A DNA stretch of 64,000 nt. It comes from Auanema rhodensis. Taxonomy: Eukaryota; Animalia; Nematoda. Positions within the stretch are counted from its first letter, which is position 1; the number at the start of each line of letters is the position of its first letter. The notes beneath the pieces were generated by a model. It did not search any database, was not told where the DNA came from, and worked only from the letters and a program-made list of their open reading frames with translations. The stretch lies in contig OZ059897.1 of the NCBI GenBank assembly GCA_964057225.1, positions 23,002,001 to 23,066,000 of the forward strand, written 5' to 3'. This document shows, in pieces, positions 44,250 to 56,800 of the stretch. A program made the translations under genes and the position numbers.

Positions 44250-47200
44250 AGATTCCCCATGTCCATATTAGTCTAAAAACAAATTTTTATTGATATTGGT
44301 TCATGGTAACCATGACTTTGAAATTTACGTGAACTTTAATTTATGCTAATTAAATGTACACGTGATGTGCACTTGGTATGTAACTCGCTTCACGTGAAAG
44401 ATAAAGAGATGCGGTTTTCAAAATTAGATTCCCCATGTCCATATTAATCTAAAAACAAATTTTTATTGATATTGGTGCATGGTAACCATGACTTTGAAAT
44501 TTACGTGAACTTTAATTTAAGCTAATTAAATGTACACGTGATGTGCACTTGGTATGTAACTCGCTTCACGTGAAAGATAAAGAGATGCGGTTTTCAAAAT
44601 TAGATTCCCCATGTCCATATTAGTCTAAAAACAAATTTTTATTGATATTGCTTCATGGTAACCATGACTTTGAAATTTACGTGAACTTTAATTTATGCTA
44701 ATTAAATGTACACGTGATGTGCACTTGGTATGTAACTCGCTTCACGTGAAAGATAAAGAGATGCGGTTTTCAAAATTAGATTCCCCATGTCCATATTAGT
44801 CTAAAAACAAATTTTTATTGATATTGGTTCATGGTAACCATGACTTTGAAATTTACGTGAACTTTAATTTATGCTAATTAAATGTACACGTGATGTGCAC
44901 TTGGTATGTAACTCGCTTCACGTGAAAGATAAAGAGATGCGGTTTTCAAAATTAGATTCCCCATGTCCATATTAGTCTAAAAACAAATTTTTATTGATAT
45001 TGCTTCATGGTAACCATGACTTTGAAATTTACGTGAACTTTAATTAATGCTAATTAAATGTACACGTGATGTGCACTTGGTATGTAACTCGCTTCACGTG
45101 AAAGATAAAGAGATGCGGTTTTCAAAATTAGATTCCCCATGTCCATATTAGTCTAAAAACAAATTTTTATTGATATTGCTTCATGGTAACCATGACTTTG
45201 AAATTTACGTGAACTTTAATTTATGCTAATTAAATGTACACGTGATGTGCACTTGGTATGTAACTCGCTTCACGTGAAAGATAAAGAGATGCGGTTTTCA
45301 AAATTAGATTCCCCATGTCCATATTATTCTAAAAACAAATTTTTATTGATATTGGTTCATGGTAACCATGACTTTGAAATTTACGTGAACTTTAATTTAT
45401 GCTAATTAAATGTACACGTGATGTGCACTTGGTATGTAACTCGCTTCACGTGAAAGATAAAGAGATGCGGTTTTCAAAATTAGATTCCCCATGTCCATAT
45501 TAGTCTAAAAACGAATTTTTATTGATATTGGTGCATGGTAACCATGACTTTGAATTTTACGTGAACTTTAATTTATGCTAATTAAATGTACACGTGATGT
45601 GCACTTGGTATGTAACTCGCTTCACGTGAAAGATGAAGAGATGCGGTTTTCAAAATTAGATTCCCCATGTCCATATTAGTCTAAAAACAAATTTTTATTG
45701 ATATTGCTTCATGGTAACCATGACTTTGAAATTTACGTGAACTTTAATTTATGCTAATTAAATGTACACGTGATGTGCACTTGGTATGTAACTCGCTTCA
45801 CGTGAAAGATAAAGAGATGCGGTTTTCAAAATTAGATTCCCCATGTCCATATTAGTCTAAAAACAAATTTTTATTGATATTGGTTCATGGTAACCATGAC
45901 TTTGAAATTTACGTGAACTTTAATTTATGCTAATTAAATGTACACGTGATGTGCACTTGGTATGTAACTCGCTTCACGTGAAAGATAAAGAGATGCGGTT
46001 TTCAAAATTAGATTCCCCATGTCCATATTATTCTAAAAACAAATTTTTATTGATATTGGTTCATGGTAACCATGACTTTGAAATTTACGTGAACTTTAAT
46101 TTATGCTAATTAAATGTACACGTGATGTGCACTTGGTATGTAACTCGCTTCACGTGAAAGATAAAGAGATGCGGTTTTCAAAATTAGATTCCCCATGTCC
46201 ATATTAGTCTAAAAACGAATTTTTATTGATATTGGTGCATGGTAACCATGACTTTGAATTTTACGTGAACTTTAATTTATGCTAATTAAATGTACACGTG
46301 ATGTGCACTTGGTATGTAACTCGCTTCACGTGAAAGATGAAGAGATGCGGTTTTCAAAATTAGATTCCCCATGTCCATATTAGTCTAAAAACAAATTTTT
46401 ATTGATATTGCTTCATGGTAACCATGACTTTGAAATTTACGTGAACTTTAATTTATGCTAATTAAATGTACACGTGATGTGCACTTGGTATGTAACTCGC
46501 TTCACGTGAAAGATAAAGAGATGCGGTTTTCAAAATTAGATTCCCCATGTCCATATTAGTCTAAAAACAAATTTTTATTGATATTGCTTCATGGTAACCA
46601 TGACTTTGAAATTTACGTGAACTTTAATTTATGCTAATTAAATGTACACGTGATGTGCACTTGGTATGTAACTCGCTTCACGTGAAAGATAAAGAGATGC
46701 GGTTTTCAAAATTAGATTCCCCATGTCCATATTAGTCTAAAAACAAATTTTTATTGATATTGGTTCATGGTAACCATGACTTTGAAATTTACGTGAACTT
46801 TAATTTATGCTAATTAAATGTACACGTGATGTGCACTTGGTATGTAACTCGCTTCACGTGAAAGATAAAGAGATGCGGTTTTCAAAATTAGATTCCCCAT
46901 GTCCATATTAATCTAAAAACAAATTTTTATTGATATTGGTGCATGGTAACCATGACTTTGAAATTTACGTGAACTTTAATTTAAGCTAATTAAATGTACA
47001 CGTGATGTGCACTTGGTATGTAACTCGCTTCACGTGAAAGATAAAGAGATGCGGTTTTCAAAATTAGATTCCCCATGTCCATATTAGTCTAAAAACAAAT
47101 TTTTATTGATATTGCTTCATGGTAACCATGACTTTGAAATTTACGTGAACTTTAATTTATGCTAATTAAATGTACACGTGATGTGCACTTGGTATGTAAC

Positions 47201-47697
47201 TCGCTTCACGTGAAAGATAAAGAGATGCGGTTTTCAAAATTAGATTCCCCATGTCCATATTAGTCTAAAAACAAATTTTTATTGATATTGGTTCATGGTA
47301 ACCATGACTTTGAAATTTACGTGAACTTTAATTTATGCTAATTAAATGTACACGTGATGTGCACTTGGTATGTAACTCGCTTCACGTGAAAGATAAAGAG
47401 ATGCGGTTTTCAAAATTAGATTCCCCATGTCCATATTAGTCTAAAAACAAATTTTTATTGATATTGCTTCATGGTAACCATGACTTTGAAATTTACGTGA
47501 ACTTTAATTAATGCTAATTAAATGTACACGTGATGTGCACTTGGTATGTAACTCGCTTCACGTGAAAGATAAAGAGATGCGGTTTTCAAAATTAGATTCC
47601 CCATGTCCATATTAGTCTAAAAACAAATTTTTATTGATATTGCTTCATGGTAACCATGACTTTGAAATTTACGTGAACTTTAATTTATGCTAATTAA
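44250..47697 (-). repeat. Nested duplications in the inverted block: 14-monomer offset (2464 bp) enclosing a 4-monomer offset (704 bp)
   Basis: 14-mer pairs: 44447/46911, 44520/46984, 45046/47510. 4-mer pairs: 45327/46031, 45513/46217, 45635/46339. Confidence 0.85.
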
Positions 47698-47703
47698 TAA
47701 TGG
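47691..47703. other. Right inversion junction (- to +), TAA microhomology plus 1 extra A (or a 2-nt TA insertion)
   Basis: Observed GCTAATTAATAATGGACAT. Reverse consensus is GCTAATTAA|ATG and forward consensus is CTAATATGGACAT. Confidence 0.93.
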
Positions 47704-49349
47704 ACATGGGGAATCTAATTTTGAAAACCGCATCTCTTTATCTTTCACGTGAAGCGAGTTACATACCAAGTGCACATCACGTGTACATTTAATTAGCATA
47801 AATTAAAGTTCACGTAAATTTCAAAGTCATGGTTACCATGAACCAATATCAATAAAAATTTGTTTTTAGACTAATATGGACATGGGGAATCTAATTTTGA
47901 AAACCGCATCTCTTTATCTTTCACGTGAAGCGAGTTACATACCAAGTGCACATCACGTGTACATTTAATTAGCATAAATTAAAGTTCACGTAAATTTCAA
48001 AGTCATGGTTACCATGAAGCAATATCAATAAAAATTTGTTTTTAGACTAATATGGACATGGGGAATCTAATTTTGAAAACCGCATCTCTTTATCTTTCAC
48101 GTGAAGCGAGTTACATACCAAGTGCACATCACGTGTACATTTAATTAGCTTAAATTAAAGTTCACGTAAATTTCAAAGTCATGGTTACCATGCACCAATA
48201 TCAATAAAAATTTGTTTTTAGATTAATATGGACATGGGGAATCTAATTTTGAAAACCGCATCTCTTTATCTTTCACGTGAAGCGAGTTACATACCAAGTG
48301 CACATCACGTGTACATTTAATTAGCATAAATTAAAGTTCACGTAAATTTCAAAGTCATGGTTACCATGAACCAATATCAATAAAAATTTGTTTTTAGACT
48401 AATATGGACATGGGGAATCTAATTTTGAAAACCGCATCTCTTTATCTTTCACGTGAAGCGAGTTACATACCAAGTGCACATCACGTGTACATTTAATTAG
48501 CATAAATTAAAGTTCACGTAAATTTCAAAGTCATGGTTACCATGAAGCAATATCAATAAAAATTTGTTTTTAGACTAATATGGACATGGGGAATATAATT
48601 TTGAAAACCGCATCTCTTTATCTTTCACGTGAAGCGAGTTACATACCAAGTGCACATCACGTGTACATTTAATTAGCATAAATTAAAGTTCACGTAAATT
48701 TCAAAGTCATGGTTACCATGAAGCAATATCAATAAAAATTTGTTTTTAGACTAATATGGACATGGGGAATCTAATTTTGAAAACCGCATCTCTTTATCTT
48801 TCACGTGAAGCGAGTTACATACCAAGTGCACATCACGTGTACATTTAATTAGCATAAATTAGAGTTCACGTAAATTTCAAAGTCATGGTTACCATGAACC
48901 AATATCAATAAAAATTTGTTTTTAGACTAATATGAACATGGGGAATCTAATTTGGAAACCGCATCTCTTTATCTTTCACGTGAAGCGAGTTACATACCAA
49001 GTGCACATCACGTGTACATTTAATTAGCATAAATTAAAGTTCACGTAAATTTCAAAGTCATGGTTACCATGAAGCAATATCAATAAAAATTTGTTTTTAG
49101 ACTAATATGGACATGGGGAATCTAATTTTGAAAACCGCATCTCTTTATCTTTCACGTGAAGCGAGTTACATACCAAGTGCACATCACGTGTACATTTAAT
49201 TAGCATAAATTAAAGTTCACGTAAATTTCAAAGTCATGGTTACCATGAAGCAATATCAATAAAAATTTGTTTTTAGACTAATATGGACATGGGGAATCTA
49301 ATTTTGAAAACCGCATCTCTTTATCTTTCACGTGAAGCGAGTTACATAC

Positions 49350-51300
49350 CAAGTGCACATCACGTGTACATTTAATTAGCATAAATTAAAGTTCACGTAA
49401 ATTTCAAAGTCATGGTTACCATGAACCAATATCAATAAAAATTTGTTTTTAGACTAATATGGACATGGGGAATCTAATTTTGAAAACCGCATCTCTTTAT
49501 CTTTCACGAGAAGCGAGTTACATACCAAGTGCACATCACGTGTACATTTAATTAGCATAAATTAAAGTTCACGTAAAATTCAAAGTCATGGTTACCATGC
49601 ACCAATATCAATAAAAATTTGTTTTTAGACTAATATGGACATGGGGAATCTAATTTTGAAAACCGCATCTCTTTATCTTTCACGTGAAGCGAGTTACATA
49701 CCAAGTGCACATCACGTGTACATTTAATTAGCATAAATTAAAGTTCACGTAAAATTCAAAGTCATGGTTACCATGCACCAATATCAATGAAAATTTGTTT
49801 TTAGACTAATATGGACATGGGGAATCTAATGTTGAAAACCGCATCTCTTTATCTTTCACGTGAAGCGAGTTACATACCAAGTGCACATCACGTGTACATT
49901 TAATTAGCATAAATTAAAGTTCACGTAAATTTCAAAGTCATGGTTACCATGCACCAATATCAATAAAAATTTGTTTTTAGACTAATATGGACATGGGGAA
50001 TCTAATTTTGAAAACCGCATCTCTTTATCTTTCACGTGAAGCGAGTTACATACCAAGTGCGCATCACGTGTACATTTAATTAGCATAAATTAAAGTTCAC
50101 GTAAATTTCAAAGTCATGGTTACCATGCACCAATATCAATAAAAATTTGTTTTTAGACTAATATGAACATGGGGAATCTAATTTTGGAAACCGCATCTCT
50201 TTATCTTTCACGTGAAGCGAGTTACATACCAAGTGCACATCACGTGTACATTTAATTAGCATAAATTAAAGTTCACGTAAATTTCAAAGTCATGGTTACC
50301 ATGAAGCAATATCAATAAAAATTTGTTTTTAGACTAATATGGACATGGGGAATCTAATTTTGAAAACCGCATCTCTTTATCTCTCACGTGAAGCGAGTTA
50401 CATACCAAGTGCACATCACGTGTACATTTAATTAGCATAAATTAAAGTTCACGTAAAATTCAAAGTCATGGTTACCATGCACCAATATCAATAAAAATTT
50501 GTTTTTAGACTAATATGGACATGGGGAATCTAATTTTGAAAACCGCATCTCTTTATCTTTCACGTGAAGCGAGTTACATACCAAGTGCACATCACGTGTA
50601 CATTTAATTAGCATAAATTAAAGTTCACGTAAATTTCAAAGTCATGGTTACCATGCACCAATATCAATAAAAATTTGTTTTTAGACTAATATGGACATGG
50701 GGAATCTAATTTTGAAAACCGCATCTCTTTATCTTTCACGTGAAGCGAGTTACATACCAAGTGCACATCACGTGTACATTTAATTAGCATAAATTAAAGT
50801 TCACGTAAATTTCAAAGTCATGGTTACCATGAACCAATATCAATAAAAATTTGTTTTTAGACTAATATGGACATGGGGAATCTAATTTTGAAAACCGCAT
50901 CTCTTTATCTTTCACGAGAAGCGAGTTACATACCAAGTGCACATCACGTGTACATTTAATTAGCATAAATTAAAGTTCACGTAAAATTCAAAGTCATGGT
51001 TACCATGCACCAATATCAATAAAAATTTGTTTTTAGACTAATATGGACATGGGGAATCTAATTTTGAAAACCGCATCTCTTTATCTTTCACGTGAAGCGA
51101 GTTACATACCAAGTGCACATCACGTGTACATTTAATTAGCATAAATTAAAGTTCACGTAAAATTCAAAGTCATGGTTACCATGCACCAATATCAATGAAA
51201 ATTTGTTTTTAGACTAATATGGACATGGGGAATCTAATGTTGAAAACCGCATCTCTTTATCTTTCACGTGAAGCGAGTTACATACCAAGTGCACATCACG
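49350..51300 (+). repeat. Local duplication, 8-monomer offset (1408 bp); boundaries approximate
   Basis: Paired variants at 49509/50917, 49789/51197 and 49831/51239. Confidence 0.83.
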
Positions 51301-52859
51301 TGTACATTTAATTAGCATAAATTAAAGTTCACGTAAATTTCAAAGTCATGGTTACCATGAACCAATATCAATAAAAATTTGTTTTTAGACTAATATGGAC
51401 ATGGGGAATCTAATTTTGAAAACCGCATCTCTTTATCTTTCACGTGAAGCGAGTTACATACCAAGTGCACATCACGTGTACATTTAATTAGCATAAATTA
51501 AAGTTCACGTAAATTTCAAAGTCATGGTTACCATGAACCAATATCAATAAAAATTTGTTTTTAGACTAATATGGACATGGGGAATCTAATTTTGAAAACC
51601 GCATCTCTTTATCTTTCACGTGAAGCGAGTTACATGGCAAGTGCACATCACGTGTACATTTAATTAGCATAAATTAAAGTTCACGTAAATTTCAAAGTCA
51701 TGGTTACCATGAAGCAATATCAATAAAAATTTGTTTTTAGACTAATATGGACATGGGGAATCTAATTTTGAAAACCGCATCTCTTTATCTTTCACGTGAA
51801 GCGAGTTACATACCAAGTGCACATCACGTGTACATTTAATTAGCATAAATTAAAGTTCACGTAAATTTCAAAGTCATGGTTACCATGAACCAATATCAAT
51901 AAAAATTTGTTTTTAGACTAATATGGACATGGGGAATCTAATTTTGAAAACCGCATCTCTTTATCTTTCACGTGAAGCGAGTTACATACCAAGTGCACAT
52001 CACGTGTACATTTAATTAGCATAAATTAAAGTTCACGTAAAATTCAAAGTCATGGTTACCATGCACCAATATCAATAAAAATTTGTTTTTAGACTAATAT
52101 GGACATGTGGAATCTAATTTTGAAAACCGCATCTCTTTATCTTTCACGTGAAGCGAGTTACATACCAAGTGCACATCACGTGTACATTTAATTAGCATAA
52201 ATTAAAGTTCACGTAAATTTCAAAGTCATGGTTACCATGAACCAATATCAATAAAAATTTGTTTTTAGACTAATATGGACATGGGGAATCTAATTTTGGA
52301 AACCGCATCTCTTTATCTTTCACGTGAAGCGAGTTACATACCAAGTGCACATCACGTGTACATTTAATTAGCATAAATTAAAGTTCACGTAAATTTCAAA
52401 GTCATGGTTACCATGAACCAATATCAATAAAAATTTGTTTTTAGACTAATATGGACATGGGGAATCTAATTTTGGAAACCGCATCTCTTTATCTTTCACG
52501 TGAAGCGAGTTACATACCAAGTGCACATCACGTGTATATTTAATTAGCATAAATTAAAGTTCACGTAAATTTCAAAGTCATGGTTACCATGCACCAATAT
52601 CAATAAAAATTTGTTTTTAGACTAATATGGACATGGGGAATCTAATTTTGAAAACCGCATCTCTTTATCTTTCACGTGAAGCGAGTTACATACCAAGTGC
52701 ACATCACGTGTACATTTAATTAGCATAAATTAAAGTTCACGTAAATTTCAAAGTCATGGTTACCATGAACCAATATCAATAAAAATTTGTTTTTAGACTA
52801 ATATGGACATGGGGAATCTAATTTTGAAAACCGCATCTCTTTATCTTTCACGTGAAGCG

Positions 52860-55800
52860 AGTTACATACCAAGTGCACATCACGTGTACATTTAATTAGC
52901 ATAAATTAAAGTTCACGTAAATTTCAAAGTCATGGTTACCATGAACCTATATCAATAAAAATTTGTTTTTAGACTAATATGGACATGGGGAATCTAATTT
53001 TGAAAACCTCATCTCTTTATCTTTCACGTGAAGCGAGTTACATACCAAGTGCACATCACGTGTACATTTAATTAGCATAAATTAAAGTTCACGTAAATTT
53101 CAAAGTCATGGTTACCATGCACCAATATCAATAAAAATTTGTTTTTAGACTAATATGGACATGGGGAATCTAATTTTGAAAACCGCATCTCTTTATCTTT
53201 CACGTGAAGCGAGTTACATACCAAGTGCACATCACGTGTACATTTAATTAGCATATATTAAAGTTCACGTAAATTTCAAAGTCATGGTTACCATGAACCA
53301 ATATCAATAAAAATTTGTTTTTAGACTAATATGGACATGGGGAATCTAATTTTGAAAACCGCATCTCTTTATCTTTCACGTGAAGCGAGTTACATACCAA
53401 GTGCACATCACGTGTACATTCAATTAGCATAAATTAAAGTTCACGTAAATTTCAAAGTCATGGTTACCATGAACCAATATCAATAAAAATTTGTTTTTAG
53501 ACTAATATGGACATGGGGAATCTAATTTTGAAAACCGCATCTCTTTATCTTTCACGTGAAGCGAGTTACATACCAAGTGCACATCACGTGTAAATTTAAT
53601 TAGCATAAATTAAAGTTCACGTAAATTTCAAAGTCATGGTTACCATGAAGCAATATCAATAAAAATTTGTTTTTAGACTAATATGGACATGTGGAATCTA
53701 ATTTTGAGAACCGCATCTCTTTATCTTTCACGTGAAGCGAGTTACATACCAAGTGCACATCACGTGTACATTTAATTAGCATAAATTAAAGTTCACGTAA
53801 ATTTCAAAGTCATGGTTACCATGAACCACTATCAATAAAAATTTGTTTTTAGACTAATATGGACATGAGGAATCTAATTTTGAAAACCGCATCTCTTTAT
53901 CTTTCACGTGAAGCGAGTTACATACCAAGTGCACATCACGTGTACATTTAATTAGCATAAATTAAAGTTCACGTAAAATTCAAAGTCATGGTTACCATGC
54001 ACCAATATCAATAAAAATTTGTTTTTAGACTAATATGGACATGTGGAATCTAATTTTGAAAACCGCATCTCTTTATCTTTCACGTGAAGCGAGTTACATA
54101 CCAAGTGCACAACACGTGTACATTTAATTAGCATAAATTAAAGTTCACGTAAATTTCAAAGTCATGGTTACCATGAACCAATATCAATAAAAATTTGTTT
54201 TTAGACTAATATGGACATGGGGAATCTAATTTTGAAAACCGCATCTCTTTATCTTTCACGTGAAGCGAGTTACATACCAAGTGCACATCACGTGTACATT
54301 TAATTAGCATAAATTAAAGTTCACGTAAATTTCAAAGTCATGGTTACCATGAACCAATATCAATAAAAATTTGTTTTTAGACTAATATGGACATGGGGAA
54401 TCTAATTTTGAAAACCGCATCTCTTTATCTTTCACGTGAAGCGAGTTACATACCAAGTGCACATCACGTGTACATTTAATTAGCATAAATTAAAGTTCAC
54501 GTAAATTTCAAAGTCATGGTTACCATGAACCAATATCAATAAAAATTTGTTTTTAGACTAATATGGACATGGGGAATCTAATTTTGAAAACCGCATCTCT
54601 TTATCTTTCACGTGAAGCGAGTTACATACCAAGTGCACATCACGTGTAAATTTAATTAGCATAAATTAAAGTTCACGTAAATTTCAAAGTCATGGTTACC
54701 ATGAAGCAATATCAATAAAAATTTGTTTTTAGACTAATATGGACATGTGGAATCTAATTTTGAAAACCGCATCTCTTTATCTTTCACGTGAAGCGAGTTA
54801 CATACCAAGTGCACATCACGTGTACATTTAATTAGCATAAATTAAAGTTCACGTAAATTTCAAAGTCATGGTTACCATGAACCTATATCAATAAAAATTT
54901 GTTTTTAGACTAATATGGACATGGGGAATCTAATTTTGAAAACCTCATCTCTTTATCTTTCACGTGAAGCGAGTTACATACCAAGTGCACATCACGTGTA
55001 CATTTAATTAGCATAAATTAAAGTTCACGTAAATTTCAAAGTCATGGTTACCATGCACCAATATCAATAAAAATTTGTTTTTAGACTAATATGGACATGG
55101 GGAATCTAATTTTGAAAACCGCATCTCTTTATCTTTCACGTGAAGCGAGTTACATACCAAGTGCACATCACGTGTACATTTAATTAGCATATATTAAAGT
55201 TCACGTAAATTTCAAAGTCATGGTTACCATGAACCAATATCAATAAAAATTTGTTTTTAGACTAATATGGACATGGGGAATCTAATTTTGAAAACCGCAT
55301 CTCTTTATCTTTCACGTGAAGCGAGTTACATACCAAGTGCACATCACGTGTACATTCAATTAGCATAAATTAAAGTTCACGTAAATTTCAAAGTCATGGT
55401 TACCATGAACCAATATCAATAAAAATTTGTTTTTAGACTAATATGGACATGGGGAATCTAATTTTGAAAACCGCATCTCTTTATCTTTCACGTGAAGCGA
55501 GTTACATACCAAGTGCACATCACGTGTAAATTTAATTAGCATAAATTAAAGTTCACGTAAATTTCAAAGTCATGGTTACCATGAAGCAATATCAATAAAA
55601 ATTTGTTTTTAGACTAATATGGACATGTGGAATCTAATTTTGAGAACCGCATCTCTTTATCTTTCACGTGAAGCGAGTTACATACCAAGTGCACATCACG
55701 TGTACATTTAATTAGCATAAATTAAAGTTCACGTAAATTTCAAAGTCATGGTTACCATGAACCACTATCAATAAAAATTTGTTTTTAGACTAATATGGAC

Positions 55801-56800
55801 ATGAGGAATCTAATTTTGAAAACCGCATCTCTTTATCTTTCACGTGAAGCGAGTTACATACCAAGTGCACATCACGTGTACATTTAATTAGCATAAATTA
55901 AAGTTCACGTAAAATTCAAAGTCATGGTTACCATGCACCAATATCAATAAAAATTTGTTTTTAGACTAATATGGACATGTGGAATCTAATTTTGAAAACC
56001 GCATCTCTTTATCTTTCACGTGAAGCGAGTTACATACCAAGTGCACAACACGTGTACATTTAATTAGCATAAATTAAAGTTCACGTAAATTTCAAAGTCA
56101 TGGTTACCATGAACCAATATCAATAAAAATTTGTTTTTAGACTAATATGGACATGGGGAATCTAATTTTGAAAACCGCATCTCTTTATCTTTCACGTGAA
56201 GCGAGTTACATACCAAGTGCACATCACGTGTACATTTAATTAGCATAAATTAAAGTTCACGTAAATTTCAAAGTCATGGTTACCATGAACCAATATCAAT
56301 AAAAATTTGTTTTTAGACTAATATGGACATGGGGAATCTAATTTTGAAAACCGCATCTCTTTATCTTTCACGTGAAGCGAGTTACATACCAAGTGCACAT
56401 CACGTGTACATTTAATTAGCATAAATTAAAGTTCACGTAAATTTCAAAGTCATGGTTACCATGAACCAATATCAATAAAAATTTGTTTTTAGACTAATAT
56501 GGACATGGGGAATCTAATTTTGAAAACCGCATCTCTTTATCTTTCACGTGAAGCGAGTTACATACCAAGTGCACATCACGTGTAAATTTAATTAGCATAA
56601 ATTAAAGTTCACGTAAATTTCAAAGTCATGGTTACCATGAAGCAATATCAATAAAAATTTGTTTTTAGACTAATATGGACATGTGGAATCTAATTTTGAA
56701 AACCGCATCTCTTTATCTTTCACGTGAAGCGAGTTACATACCAAGTGCACATCACGTGTACATTTAATTAGCATAAATTAAAGTTCACGTAAATTTCAAA
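52860..56800 (+). repeat. Near-perfect tandem 11-monomer higher-order repeat (1936 bp x2)
   Basis: Paired variants at 52948/54884, 53009/54945, 53256/55192, 53421/55357, 53593/55529, 53829/55765, 53868/55804 and 54112/56048. Confidence 0.92.

Larger units (their letters stand above)
39294..47697 (-). repeat. Same 176-bp satellite in inverted orientation (about 47.7 monomers, 8.4 kb)
   Basis: The sequence is the reverse complement of the monomer (AAAGATAAAGAGATGCGGTTTTCAAAATTAG...). There is one net 1-bp deletion near 40448. Confidence 0.99.

Noticed and set aside
39294-47697. Transposon, MITE or site-specific invertible element explaining the inversion
   Set aside because: No terminal repeats distinct from the satellite, no target-site duplication and no recombinase or transposase ORF. 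The breakpoints are non-reciprocal.
40441-48960. 1-bp deletions near 40448 and 48951 as meaningful phase shifts
   Set aside because: These are single events in or beside short homopolymers and cannot be told from consensus errors without reads.
30000-56000. Symmetric inverted triplication (ODIRA or DUP-TRP/INV-DUP type)
   Set aside because: It would need variant mirroring at both junctions. The left flank variants (39165-6, 39214, 38540) are not mirrored in the inverted block.
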